NCBI GenBank assembly: GCA_943354605.1
Contig: CALRCK010000001.1
Coordinates: forward strand, 84,936-148,935
DNA: 64,000 bases
Direction: 5' to 3'
Source of the DNA: Candidatus Uhrbacteria bacterium
GTDB lineage: Bacteria; Patescibacteriota; Patescibacteriia; UBA9934
The translations under genes and the position numbers were made by a program. Positions 44,595 to 54,703 of the stretch are shown one piece after another. Under the pieces are notes generated by a model. That model was not told where the DNA came from, searched no databases, and worked only from the letters and a program-made list of their open reading frames with translations. Every line of letters begins with the position of its first letter. Position 1 is the first letter of the stretch.

Positions 44595-45565
44595 AGGGTT
44601 TTGGTTGTGTATGTTGGGTGTGCCGCGAGGGCTTTCTTCAGATCCGCGAACGCTTTCAACCCAGCGGTTGGGCCAACTTGGCCAATGACCGACGCGGCGT
44701 TTGCGGAGCCAAACTTTAGCGCTTCATCGATCGGGAGGTTGTGAAGCGTTGCCCCAAGGAATCCCGACGAGAACGCGTCTCCGGCCCCGGTGGCTTCAAC
44801 GCGATCGCCGGGGAATACGGGGGCAAATACCAATGTTGTGCCATCAAAGGCGTATGCCCCGTTTGCGCCGTCGGTAAGGACGACGATTGTTGGGCCAAGG
44901 TGGTGCAATCCCGCCACAATGCCGTGAACGCTTTCTCCGTTGTGAATGTGGAGAAGTGATCGCGCTTCGTTCATGTTCGCGAAAAGGATATCGGTAGCGC
45001 GGAGAAGGTTGAAGAGCGGGGTCTTTTCTTCGGTAATCTGCACCGTGCCCGGATTGAAGCTGATCTGTGTGCCGTGGCGCTTTTTCATGGCAATCGCGTC
45101 GGCGTAGAGCTGTTCATACCCTTCGCCAAGCTCCGAAACGTGAATCCACGATGCGTGCTTGGTGGTGTCTGGCAAACGGTATTCAACATTGGCGTGATTC
45201 ACGAATTGCGTAGACTCGCCTTTGTACGTAAGCACCGTTGCTGAGCTTGATCGAACTCCGGGCTTTGCAACGACGTGTATCGAGCTCACCTTATGGCGCT
45301 TGAGGAACGATTTTGCATGGACATGAACGTCGTCGTCGCCCATAACGCTGATAACGCCAGTTTTCTTTTGAAATTTTGCGACGCCAACCGCAACGTTTGG
45401 TGCGCTTCCGGCAATTTGCGACGTCATGGCGGTAACGGGAATCTTTTTCCCGTACGCAATACACATTTTACAGTCCGGCATGTGGAGTGCACACATCACG
45501 CTCGCATCGGGCACCAAAATAAAGGTGTCCAACTTAATATCGCCAACGGTGAGCAAATCGAGCAT
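44591..45565 (-). CDS. PfkB-family sugar kinase (IolC-like)
   Basis: The start was chosen at MLDLLTVGDIKLD. It carries the GAGDAF motif (VEATGAGDAFSSGFLGA). The longer upstream extension is non-protein-like. Confidence 0.6.
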   Translation of the reverse strand: MLDLLTVGDIKLDTFILVPDASVMCALHMPDCKMCIAYGKKIPVTAMTSQIAGSAPNVAVGVAKFQKKTGVISVMGDDDVHVHAKSFLKRHKVSSIHVVAKPGVRSSSATVLTYKGESTQFVNHANVEYRLPDTTKHASWIHVSELGEGYEQLYADAIAMKKRHGTQISFNPGTVQITEEKTPLFNLLRATDILFANMNEARSLLHIHNGESVHGIVAGLHHLGPTIVVLTDGANGAYAFDGTTLVFAPVFPGDRVEATGAGDAFSSGFLGATLHNLPIDEALKFGSANAASVIGQVGPTAGLKAFADLKKALAAHPTYTTKTL

Positions 45566-45845
45566 ACGCCCAAAGTATACCGCGTTGCAGCGAAATCGTG
45601 AGCGGATGATTGATGCGGTCATCCACGCGTATGCGGGGATCCAGACTTCATCACTCGCTGGTGGCTCGGGTACATTCTTCTGCACTCCGCGCGAATCCCC
45701 TACGCTGCAACGTCTCACTGGCGTTCGACTGCAGCTGTGGGGCGCGTGCTCGTTGGAAGAATGTATCCTCGCCACTGGCGCTCGCGATGTCCTCGGTGCC
45801 ACCCGTTGAATCACTCACAACGTTCGGTCGGTTCGATGTCGCAAT

Positions 45846-46433
45846 TTACAGTCCGCGATACACGTACCACGGTACGAGTTTTTCGCCGTTGATCGTCTGG
45901 ATTGGTTCAATGTTTGGCAATGGCCAGGCTTCGATGGCGACGAGGGCATGGGGCTTCAGCTCGCGTTTCAGCGTCGCGATGAACTTTGGGTATGCCTTTT
46001 GCATGAGGAATGCCACCACAACGTCGGCATCAGAAAAGTGCTTTGTGAAAAAGTTTCCAAATCGGAGCGAAACATTTTTGTATCGTACGGGATGCCGAAG
46101 CTTTATCATCGCGCCGATGAACAACGGGAGGAGCGAGACGTCGTAGCCAATGCATTTGGCATTCGGATAGCGACTGGCGAATTCGAAGAGAATCGACCCA
46201 GAGCCGCAGCCGAGATCGTAAAGGGTCACCGATTTCTTCCCCTCCTTTCGAAGGCGCTCGACGAGCCTGTCGTTGGGCGAGGAGAGTGAGGGGTTGGGGG
46301 GAGGTATGACGAGATTATCAACCAGCAACTTCCGTTGCGCCGACAAGGTTGGCACCCACGGAGCCGCAAGAAGCGAGCCCCAGGCCATGGTGCCCACAAT
46401 GACGAGAAGAAAGAACAGGAGAAGGGGTGGCAT
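45846..46433 (-). CDS. class I SAM-dependent methyltransferase with an N-terminal TM helix
   Basis: It has the motif LYDLGCGSGSILFEFA. The start was chosen at MPPLLLFF. Confidence 0.55.
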   Translation of the reverse strand: MPPLLLFFLLVIVGTMAWGSLLAAPWVPTLSAQRKLLVDNLVIPPPNPSLSSPNDRLVERLRKEGKKSVTLYDLGCGSGSILFEFASRYPNAKCIGYDVSLLPLFIGAMIKLRHPVRYKNVSLRFGNFFTKHFSDADVVVAFLMQKAYPKFIATLKRELKPHALVAIEAWPLPNIEPIQTINGEKLVPWYVYRGL

Positions 46434-46438
46434 CGCGC

Positions 46439-47176
46439 TTATCGGGGTCCAAGCATCGCGAGCAATTCTTTCTCTTCGCCTGTCGTAAGGTGGCGCCACT
46501 TTCCTTGGGGGAGTCCGCCGAGTTCAACATTCATGACGCGGATGCGTTCGAGCTTTTTGACGTTGACGTGCATTGCCTCACACATGCGGCGAATTTGGCG
46601 ATTCTTGCCTTCAACAAGGGTAATCGCAAAGCTCATATCGCCGAGTTTCTCCACTTTTGCCGGGAATGTTTTTCGTCCCATGATTTCGATTCCGGTAGAC
46701 ATTTGGCGCACAAAGTCGTCGGTGACAGCGCGGTCGATGGTGACGACGTACTCTTTTTCATGCTTGCCCTCAGCGCGAAGAATTTTGTTCACAATATCGC
46801 CGTCGTTCGTGAGCAAAATCAGGCCAGACGACGCCACGTCCAAGCGGCCAATGTGAAAAATACGCTCAGGATACGCCACAGCCTCGATAATATTGTCCTT
46901 TGCCTTGGGATCCGACGTACAGATGACGCCGACGGGTTTGTGATACGCGAGATACACCCGTTTTTGGCTTGGCTGTGCCACACGCTTACCGTTCACCGTG
47001 ATGGATTCGGCTCCGGTGACCTTCATTCCGAGCTCGGCTTTCTTGCCATCGACGACGATTTTCCCAGCCACCATGAGCCGATCTGCTTCCCGACGGGAGC
47101 ACACCCCAGCATCAACTAAGTACTTATTCAGGCGGATTGGTTCCATAGATGGGCTGACTATAGCGAGTTTTTTCAT
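46439..47176 (-). CDS. rRNA pseudouridine synthase (RsuA/RluB family)
   Basis: It has an S4 domain (RLNKYLVDAGVCSRREADRLM), the catalytic HIGRLD motif, and GKNRQIRRM. Confidence 0.8.
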   Translation of the reverse strand: MKKLAIVSPSMEPIRLNKYLVDAGVCSRREADRLMVAGKIVVDGKKAELGMKVTGAESITVNGKRVAQPSQKRVYLAYHKPVGVICTSDPKAKDNIIEAVAYPERIFHIGRLDVASSGLILLTNDGDIVNKILRAEGKHEKEYVVTIDRAVTDDFVRQMSTGIEIMGRKTFPAKVEKLGDMSFAITLVEGKNRQIRRMCEAMHVNVKKLERIRVMNVELGGLPQGKWRHLTTGEEKELLAMLGPR

Positions 47177-47216
47177 TTTTGGCTACGATGTCTTTGCCTC
47201 GAACCATGGAGCAAAC

Positions 47217-47444
47217 GTGAACCGTATCCAGAACCTCATTTCCGCACTGCAGAGCATTATCGACAACACCGACAACCACTACCAGGAGCAGGCGCAGACT
47301 CGGCGCCTCGTGGAAGATGCTCTATTCGCAATCGGGGTGCCCGATACCCCTGAAAAACAGGAGCTGATGAAGGCAATCAATTTGGGGCAGCCCTCGAAGG
47401 CGATCGGGATTCTCCAGCGGATGTCTGCAGAGCACGCGGCCTAG
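47217..47444 (+). CDS. small hypothetical protein (possible GTG start)
   Basis: It is a 75-aa helical ORF, followed by the terminator CGGCGACCGCAAGGTCGCCG at 47457-47476. Confidence 0.2.
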   Translation: MNRIQNLISALQSIIDNTDNHYQEQAQTRRLVEDALFAIGVPDTPEKQELMKAINLGQPSKAIGILQRMSAEHAA

Positions 47445-47488
47445 GGCCACGGAACGAAACGGCGACCGCAAGGTCGCCGTTGATGTGT

Positions 47489-49957
47489 TTAAGAAAGAAG
47501 TGTAAAGAGCTCTTTCGTTTCCGCAACAATCGCGTCGGCAACGGACATGCCCCAAGGATTTTCCAAAAACCGTCGCGCAACGCGTTTCGCCATGAGTGAT
47601 GTCGTGAGTGACACTCCGTCAACCGTTTCGTCCATGAGTAATGCAACATCGCCGCCTTTTAAAATTTCTGCATCAACCAAAGCAGGAATTGATCGCCATT
47701 GCTCAACGCGATTACAGATTTTGTCCCATAATTTTGGATATTCATCGTTAATCTTTTTTCGTGTGGCAAAGGTCTTGATGGTGTTTATACGCCAATCAAT
47801 ATCGGCGTTCAATGCGCTTGTGCTCATCGTACGATGATCGAGATGATAGCGTGGTCCATGAGCATCGCAACCATTATTCTGAATTTCTCTGACGAATTTT
47901 TGTGCATCAGCGCTTTTTTGCGGAAGTGTAGTACATATCGCCGCATACGCATCAAGTTCCTCAAATCGTTCTCGAAATATTGCGCAAACTTCCGGAGTAA
48001 ATGCCGCATGAGCTCGGGCCCTTTCTGCTTCAATATCGAGGGCGCGTTGTTTTGCTGTTCGTTGGTGTTCTCGTTCAGCAATATGCTGGGCATCGATGGC
48101 GCTAGTGAGCTCTTCGAGCGATGGGATGGGGAGCAGGTGGAGGGTGAGTGGATCTTGAGCTGGTAAAGTGTCAACGGCGGCAGAGTACGAAGGAACGATA
48201 TTTTGTGATGAGTGAACAAAAGTATACGGAACATATGTTTGGCGTGGCGCGGTACTCGAGAGATCCCATCCACGACCAATAGGAGGAGACGTTGTGCGTC
48301 CAGAAAGGCCGGTAACACCGTCCCATTCTTGGGAAAGTGCTGTGAGAAGCGCATGCACCGCGGTGCGCTGTGCAGGAGTAACGCCATCAACAGGAAGTTT
48401 TGCAACGGTGAATACGTGAGGTGCGGCAGCGGTATTTTTACGCCATGCGAGCGCAAGCTCATCGCGGTTGACCAATGGCCAGAAAGTTGGGGTGGATCCT
48501 TTGCACAACGTGCCGTCTGCGGTAATCACCCAACCGCGAACATGCTTAGAGTCGTCCGGATTTCCGGGAGAAAAATTGTGTAATGTCTCCCCGCGAGCTT
48601 CTTCTGCGGCAAAAATTTCCGCTTCAGGTTGCGCGATGCGTACATCGGAAAGAATGGCGGTTGCCCAGGAATTCCAAGAATCAAGAGCGGTTTTATCTGC
48701 GGAATCCGCATCAAAACGAGAATGCCACCAGTCAGGACCTTTCCCATCGGCAATTGCCCGAATGCGTTGCTGTAGGCTTGGATCCATGCATCGGAAAAAG
48801 GGGGCTCTGCGCACCTGGAATGCCTCAGCAAACAAGACGCGGTACGTTTCCATGGAGCCTTCACGTTCCACGGCAACACGATGACGTTCAACTTCTGCGG
48901 CATTTGCGCGATGAATATCGCGAAGCTTCACCTTGGCTTCTGCATCGGCACGAGCATGGAATAGAGATTCTGCGAGTCGTTCTGCGGTGGATTGTGCTTC
49001 AGCGCGGAGTGCCGCTTTCCCGCGCGGGCTTGTGAAAACAATTGTGCGCATGGCAAGAAGTTCTCGAAACGTTAATACACACGGCCCTTCCGGTGCAGCG
49101 TGAAAATATTCTTTAATTGCTGGCCAGGATGCGCGCGCGATAGTCATGAGTTGCTTGCCATCAATAAGAATATCGACCACCGGATCGCCTCCCTCGATGC
49201 GTGTGCTTCGGGTGTCGTTAGATTCTACTTCGTACGTTGGAGTGATCCAATGTTTCGTCGTGAGGATTCCGCTAAAAATGTGATCTGGAGCGATGTGATG
49301 TTCGGATGCAAATTCCGCGGTTCCGGTATCAAGATAGCGTTTAGCCCATAGCGCACAAGCACGATCAATATCGGGAAGGTTTTCGTTGGCAATAGCGTTG
49401 TGATCTGATGTATTGTCAGGAATAGGAATGGTTTCTTCCGCGAGAAGGATGTGAGGTTCACTTACGGCGGTGTCGTTCCGAGACAGCGTGCCTGTGTAAC
49501 GAAGGATCACGGAAATGTCATATGAATCATCGACGATTCGTGTTGTTTGCTCCAGATCAGGAACAGAAAATTCAAGCGTGCGAAGACGTTCTTGTAGAGT
49601 AAATCGAGACCACGTTGGCTGCCAATGTTGCGCAATATTTCGAGCAAGCGTTTCTTTGGTTCCAAGCTCTGGGAGCGGAAGAAGAAGGGTTCGGGGCTGA
49701 GAAGGGCGATGTTCGTATATTCCTGCAGCGCCGTTGACGATGGCGAAAAATGGATACCAGGGGCACGCGCCATGCCAACGACGATCGTACGAAGAAGGAG
49801 AAACATCAAAATTCCCATTCACGAAGCGTTTGAGCATCTTCGGATCCTGTATCGCACGGCGAATCGATAACTCCCATTCGGTTTGAACTTCTTCACGATC
49901 ATACGCTTCAGATCGGGAAGGATTATTCAGTGTGCCAGTACGCTTTTTATCGAACAT
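47489..49957 (-). CDS. large hypothetical protein (822 aa)
   Basis: It is a long clean ORF with protein-like composition. I recognise no domain. Confidence 0.45.
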   Translation of the reverse strand: MFDKKRTGTLNNPSRSEAYDREEVQTEWELSIRRAIQDPKMLKRFVNGNFDVSPSSYDRRWHGACPWYPFFAIVNGAAGIYEHRPSQPRTLLLPLPELGTKETLARNIAQHWQPTWSRFTLQERLRTLEFSVPDLEQTTRIVDDSYDISVILRYTGTLSRNDTAVSEPHILLAEETIPIPDNTSDHNAIANENLPDIDRACALWAKRYLDTGTAEFASEHHIAPDHIFSGILTTKHWITPTYEVESNDTRSTRIEGGDPVVDILIDGKQLMTIARASWPAIKEYFHAAPEGPCVLTFRELLAMRTIVFTSPRGKAALRAEAQSTAERLAESLFHARADAEAKVKLRDIHRANAAEVERHRVAVEREGSMETYRVLFAEAFQVRRAPFFRCMDPSLQQRIRAIADGKGPDWWHSRFDADSADKTALDSWNSWATAILSDVRIAQPEAEIFAAEEARGETLHNFSPGNPDDSKHVRGWVITADGTLCKGSTPTFWPLVNRDELALAWRKNTAAAPHVFTVAKLPVDGVTPAQRTAVHALLTALSQEWDGVTGLSGRTTSPPIGRGWDLSSTAPRQTYVPYTFVHSSQNIVPSYSAAVDTLPAQDPLTLHLLPIPSLEELTSAIDAQHIAEREHQRTAKQRALDIEAERARAHAAFTPEVCAIFRERFEELDAYAAICTTLPQKSADAQKFVREIQNNGCDAHGPRYHLDHRTMSTSALNADIDWRINTIKTFATRKKINDEYPKLWDKICNRVEQWRSIPALVDAEILKGGDVALLMDETVDGVSLTTSLMAKRVARRFLENPWGMSVADAIVAETKELFTLLS

Positions 49958-50244
49958 AAAAAACGAAAAAGAATTACAAGTATTTTATCATGCGCAATAG
50001 GTGGAAGGCGGTAAACACAAACACCCCACCAAATAGGCAGGGTGTTTGAGAAATGCATCGGGAGAGAGATCCGAAACGTTTCCTTTGAGGACGTGTCGAA
50101 TTGCTTCAACATGTCCTTCAAGGAGAGAGAACTCTACGGCGCTGTGCATGGCCGGAATTCTCTCACGTTGAGTGCATCGGAACTTGTGGTTTCTTTCACC
50201 CACCAGCGCGTCCGGTTTTGGCGCTTCCCGTTTTAAAAAGAGGG

Positions 50245-51342
50245 TTACTTTTTGGTGACTTTTGCTGCGCCGCCAAACAGGCCGGAAAGGTCGAGCTTCT
50301 TTGCCTCGACCGGCCGTTCCTGTTTTTCCACGTACGCCTGCAACTCTTGCAGACCCGTGGCAGTGGCGGGGAACGCAGTCTTCCAGCATCCATCAACGAC
50401 GAGCCGCACGCCGCTGTAATCGAGATCGGTTTTTACGCCGAGCGCGACGAGACGAGCAACGAACGGAGGGGCGACGGTTTGGAACAGATTCCGCATGGAC
50501 TCCTGCTCCTTCTCGGCCGCCTTCTTCGCGACAAGCGCCTTGAGTTTCGCGATCCCATCGGCGTCGAAGCTGAAGTATTCGTCGTAGAACCCACGACGTG
50601 CAACAAAGCACGTTTCTCCCAAATGGTGCTCCACACCGAGCGCGATAAGCTGAGAGACTAGGGTCGGAAGCTCGGCGAGGAACGCGACTTTCTGCCTTTC
50701 GGCTTCTTCTGCATCTCGCCGAACCTTGTTCGGGTAGTCCACCGCTGCGAGTCGCTCAATCTCCGCCGCCTTCTTTGCCTCGATGAGGCTGGCATTGGAG
50801 GTGTTAGGCGCCGCACCGGTGAGCCACACCTCGAACTCCTCCGTGGGCATCTCAACAATGCCGCGCCACGAGAAGATTTCGACAAGGCCGGTGCTGCACC
50901 GTCGTCCCGTTTCGGCATAGACGAATCCATTCGGGTGGGTGAGGCGAACGACAAGATGCGCCGTGGGGCAACAGTGTATGTTGCTCTCCTCTCGGACGAG
51001 GATCTCGGCACCGACGCCGATGATTCGGCTGTACCCACCGCGGAACCCACCGCGGAGCGTGAGGAGAAGGATCTGCTCATCTTCGTGGAGCGCGCAAGGC
51101 GTCACGAGGAGCGTTCCCTTCTCCTTGCTCTTGGTGAGTTTGCTCGGATTCGGATCGAACCCGAGGAAGGTGGCGGTGACGGGGAGCTGGAAGTCGGGCT
51201 GATACTCCCAGCGTGCGGCCAGAAAGCCGCGATGACGAGCTCCCTCGCCGCGGAAGGCGGGGAAGGGTTCCTTCGTCCAGCCCCACGGCGTGGGGCGGAA
51301 CGAGTTGGTTTTTTCCCGGGAGTAAAGGTTTTTTAAGGACAA
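50245..51342 (-). CDS. hypothetical protein (GC-rich block 7)
   Basis: The ORF is 365 aa and visibly GC-rich. No domain recognised. Confidence 0.4.
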   Translation of the reverse strand: MSLKNLYSREKTNSFRPTPWGWTKEPFPAFRGEGARHRGFLAARWEYQPDFQLPVTATFLGFDPNPSKLTKSKEKGTLLVTPCALHEDEQILLLTLRGGFRGGYSRIIGVGAEILVREESNIHCCPTAHLVVRLTHPNGFVYAETGRRCSTGLVEIFSWRGIVEMPTEEFEVWLTGAAPNTSNASLIEAKKAAEIERLAAVDYPNKVRRDAEEAERQKVAFLAELPTLVSQLIALGVEHHLGETCFVARRGFYDEYFSFDADGIAKLKALVAKKAAEKEQESMRNLFQTVAPPFVARLVALGVKTDLDYSGVRLVVDGCWKTAFPATATGLQELQAYVEKQERPVEAKKLDLSGLFGGAAKVTKK

Positions 51343-51540
51343 GGCTGCTCCTGATGTTGAATTTCGAGGAACGGATTCCCTCGATTGGCTTCTTAAATCT
51401 CTTCCAACAAGCGAAAGATATTTCAGAAGCCGATCGAGGAGCTCTTCAACGCGCAGTGCGTGGCGAAGAAGAGCTCAGACTCGAGTGCTTTTCCCAGATC
51501 TCGATCCCGCTGGTACGGGGGTGTGACGAACCGTCGGGCG

Positions 51541-52461
51541 CTAGCCGACGAGCGCGAGCTTCGCCATGCGGTACACGCCCGCGAGCGTTGCCGCACCGGC
51601 GATCCACCTGCCGGGGTGGCAGAAGATCGCGCCCTCCACCCCCGTGAGGGTGGCGAGATCAGCGCCGCGGACGCCGGCCCAGCTGGCCGGAAGGGCGAGA
51701 CGCTGGGCGAAGCTCCCGCGCTTGGGCGGGACGCTGCGGATGTACCAGTACGAGCCGTCCTCGCTGGGGTAGACGACGAACTTCGCCGCCTTCGACGCGC
51801 TGGCCTCGTCCGCCCAGTCGAAGTTGAAGGTCTCGAACTGGACGACCTTCTTGCCCTTCGCGTTGGCCAGCGCCACCTTCACCTCGCGCCGGGCCGTGAT
51901 GATCGCGGCGGCGTTCCGAACGGCGTCCCGGATGATGCCCTCGGCAACCTCGACGGCGCGCCCGAAGGCGGCGTTGTAGTCACGGTCGGCATCGTTCCAC
52001 GCGGGGTTCATCGCCCCGAGGATGTGGCTGACGGTGTACGGGGCGGCGCCCTCGAACCCGCGCTTCTTGCCGGTGATCCGCTGGCCGTTGTCGGTCGCGT
52101 CCACGGGGATCACGAGCGTCCGATCGACCTCAGCGGCCACCTCGATGTCCCCGTTGCAGATCTGCGCACCGTAGTGCTTCCAGATGAGCCCGAACGCGGA
52201 GAGGAAGATGGGGGAATCGGTGCGGGTGCCGGCGCGGCCGGACTGGTGGTGGTCGAAGCGGCCGTTCAGCGGGTTGTAGACCGCGCCGACGTCCACGACG
52301 ATGTCGCAGGAGGCGAGGATCGCGGGGTCGCGGGTGCGGATGACATCGCAGTTCGCGATCAGCCGCAGAGCGGCGACCGCGAGGACATCGTCTGCGTGGA
52401 ACTCTCCGTTGTGGGTGGCAAGAGTGATGGAGGAGGAGAGGACGAGGGCAGGGATGGACAT
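51541..52461 (-). CDS. MYG1/UPF0160-family metal-dependent hydrolase (GC-rich block 7)
   Basis: The N-terminal ATHNGEFHADDVLAV motif and later DHHQ are characteristic of MYG1. Confidence 0.6.
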   Translation of the reverse strand: MSIPALVLSSSITLATHNGEFHADDVLAVAALRLIANCDVIRTRDPAILASCDIVVDVGAVYNPLNGRFDHHQSGRAGTRTDSPIFLSAFGLIWKHYGAQICNGDIEVAAEVDRTLVIPVDATDNGQRITGKKRGFEGAAPYTVSHILGAMNPAWNDADRDYNAAFGRAVEVAEGIIRDAVRNAAAIITARREVKVALANAKGKKVVQFETFNFDWADEASASKAAKFVVYPSEDGSYWYIRSVPPKRGSFAQRLALPASWAGVRGADLATLTGVEGAIFCHPGRWIAGAATLAGVYRMAKLALVG

Positions 52462-52707
52462 GAGAGCTCCTGTCTTTCGACAAGTGAGTAACGTGACGGT
52501 TGTTGTCTCGCCGGGGTTCCGGTTCGATCAACGTGCGTCAGGTTCCTCGACGCATTGCTCAAGTGTTAAGCAATATGTCGAAGATCCCACCGCTGCTTGT
52601 GCAGGGCTGCGGTGGGTTTCGAGTGCATGCCGGATTGAACTCCGGCGGGTCAGTACGTTTTTCGGAAGGTTGTACTAGCCTTCGTAGTGGTGTCGGCGCC
52701 GAGGCTT

Positions 52708-53055
52708 CTAGCCCTCGGACACCGTCCAGAGGCCGAACCGGAACTTCGCCCCGTCGATCTCGGCCTGCGTGTACTCGTGGCGCCCCTCGAGCCGGGGCAG
52801 GCCGACGACACCCATGACCAGCAACGAGTCGCCGGGCTTCAGGTTGATCGAGGCCGCCTTCGTGGGGATCTCGCAGAAGATGCCGAACCGGTTGTTCATC
52901 GCGGCGATCGTCAGCGAGTGCGACGGGTTCAGGCACAGGGCACAGTCACCCTCGATGACTGCCTTGGCCTCCGCGGGCGTGAGCTCGCGGCGGGAGACGT
53001 TGGCGGTGGCAGGGAACATGTTGTCAGCGAGGCCGAAGCCGAAGTACGTGGTCAT
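52708..53055 (-). CDS. small hypothetical protein (GC-rich block 7)
   Basis: The ORF is 115 aa and begins MTTYFGFGLADNMFP. No confident family. Confidence 0.3.
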   Translation of the reverse strand: MTTYFGFGLADNMFPATANVSRRELTPAEAKAVIEGDCALCLNPSHSLTIAAMNNRFGIFCEIPTKAASINLKPGDSLLVMGVVGLPRLEGRHEYTQAEIDGAKFRFGLWTVSEG

Positions 53056-53059
53056 TGAA

Positions 53060-53945
53060 GACTCCGAATGAGACGAATGCGTTGGGTCGATGTGGTGTCG
53101 TTTGGCCGGAAGGATTACCGGTTACACGTCTTACAGGACTTAATTGCGAGTCGCTCTCATCGTCCATAATCCTCTGTACTTGGGATCGTGAACGTTGAGA
53201 GCGGCTGGAGCGGAACGCTTTGCAGCGGTACTCCAGATGCTCATATAGGATCTCTTCGGTTGTGAAGGATTATTGTCGTCCGAACTTGTGATAAGGACTG
53301 CCCCGACATTGTTTGTCTTGCGACGAACCATGTGGGGTGCACTCTTTACCACTGCGTGATCTGTGGTCACTGCAGGGGGAAGTCGGGTTGTAGGCATTCG
53401 AAGGTATCGAATCCTGCGTATTCCTCCCGGTTCCGGTCGTTGCTGGCGTTTCGTCGTCAGCACAGAAGCTGATAATGGTACGAGTCACGACTTCTCTCTC
53501 AGGGCGTTTCCCTAAGTAGTCGCTCATGTCATCATCGCGTCGTTTCCTCCTTCGCTAAAGCTTCGGAGGACAAGGCTTTTTTGACTCAACTCGCTCTCTC
53601 GCGAGGAATCAGAAAAGGCAGGATTCAATCTTTCGTGTATCGAGAGATGGAATCCTGCCTTAGCCAGATCCGCTATACTGCGAAGTGGCACGGCCCTTTG
53701 TCGTGTGGGCGTCACGCTCTCTCTAGGTTGATTGTTTGGAAGGTTCTGATGAAGTTCTCGTCTTGTTCTCTTGCCTCACTTCATCGTGCTTATACCATAC
53801 CATAATTCCATGGAAGTGTCAAATACTTCTGGGCAATACAAGCAATTCATAGCGAATATTAGCCAAGAAACTATCCACAGTACTGTATTGCAGCATTTGG
53901 CAAAACAGCGATATAGTGTCAAAAGTGACGGATAAATCTCCATCT
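53060..53945. other. ~0.9-kb region without a convincing ORF, containing several stable hairpins; candidate ncRNA or leader region
   Basis: Only short ORFs of at most 107 aa are present, and their composition is poor. There are hairpins AGGCAGGATTC…GAATCCTGCCT (about 53608-53660) and TCCTCC…GGAGGA (about 53545-53570). Confidence 0.2.
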
Positions 53946-53947
53946 TT

Positions 53948-54703
53948 ATGCTCTTCTCTGATATCCTTTCCCGCCTTGGACTTGCTGAAAACGAGGCAAA
54001 AATCTACGAGATACTCCTTTTAAAGGGGGAAACCAAGGCGCGAGATTTGCTGGACGACTCCGGTTTAAGCCGCGGCAACGTCTATAACATGCTGACATCG
54101 CTCACGGCCCGGGGTTTTATTCAGGTCATTGAAGGCAAACAACAAACATACCGCGTAACAGATCCCGCCAAGCTCTCCTCCTTAGTAGAGGAGCGAAAGC
54201 GGGGGATTGAACGGCTAGACGCCGAATTCAAAGAAACCCTGCCAAGAATGCTCTCCACGTTTTCTTTGACGACAGGCAGGCCAACGGTAAGGGTCTTTGA
54301 AGGAATCGACGGAATCGAAGAAGCGCTCAATGATTCGCTGCTTGCAACGGGGGAGATCCGAACATATGTAGACAATGCTGCGGTGGTCGGCGACGTTCTC
54401 GCAGTGAATGATCGCTACGTGAAGCGCCGACTCGCAAAAAAGATTGTCAAAAAGATGATCGTGAGCGACACACCAGAATTGCGAAAACTCTTTTCAACTC
54501 TCGTAAACGAGTTCACGCTCGTCGCGTTCATTCCGCAATTCCCCACAACCTTTCAAAGTGCCATGGAAATGTACGACGACACCGTGTCCTACATCACACT
54601 CACCCCAGAAAAAATGATTGCCGTATTGCTTACGGATCCAGCAATCGCATCGTTAGAAAAACAAAAGTTCGATTTTTTGTGGAATCAGTATTACGCAGCC
54701 TGA
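53948..54703 (+). CDS. TrmB-family transcriptional regulator candidate (second paralogue)
   Basis: It has the N-terminal wHTH LGLAENEAKIYEILLLKGETKARDLLDDSGLSRGNVYNMLTSLTARGFI. The motif AGCGAATATTAGCCAAGAA lies 75 nt upstream. Confidence 0.5.
   Translation: MLFSDILSRLGLAENEAKIYEILLLKGETKARDLLDDSGLSRGNVYNMLTSLTARGFIQVIEGKQQTYRVTDPAKLSSLVEERKRGIERLDAEFKETLPRMLSTFSLTTGRPTVRVFEGIDGIEEALNDSLLATGEIRTYVDNAAVVGDVLAVNDRYVKRRLAKKIVKKMIVSDTPELRKLFSTLVNEFTLVAFIPQFPTTFQSAMEMYDDTVSYITLTPEKMIAVLLTDPAIASLEKQKFDFLWNQYYAA

Noticed and set aside
53250-53620. RNase P RNA, tmRNA or SRP RNA in the ORF-poor region
   Set aside because: I found only short partial matches to conserved elements, with wrong spacing. 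There is no P4 pairing partner, no tRNA-like 3' end with CCA and no tag ORF. I cannot support an RNA gene call without a covariance-model search.
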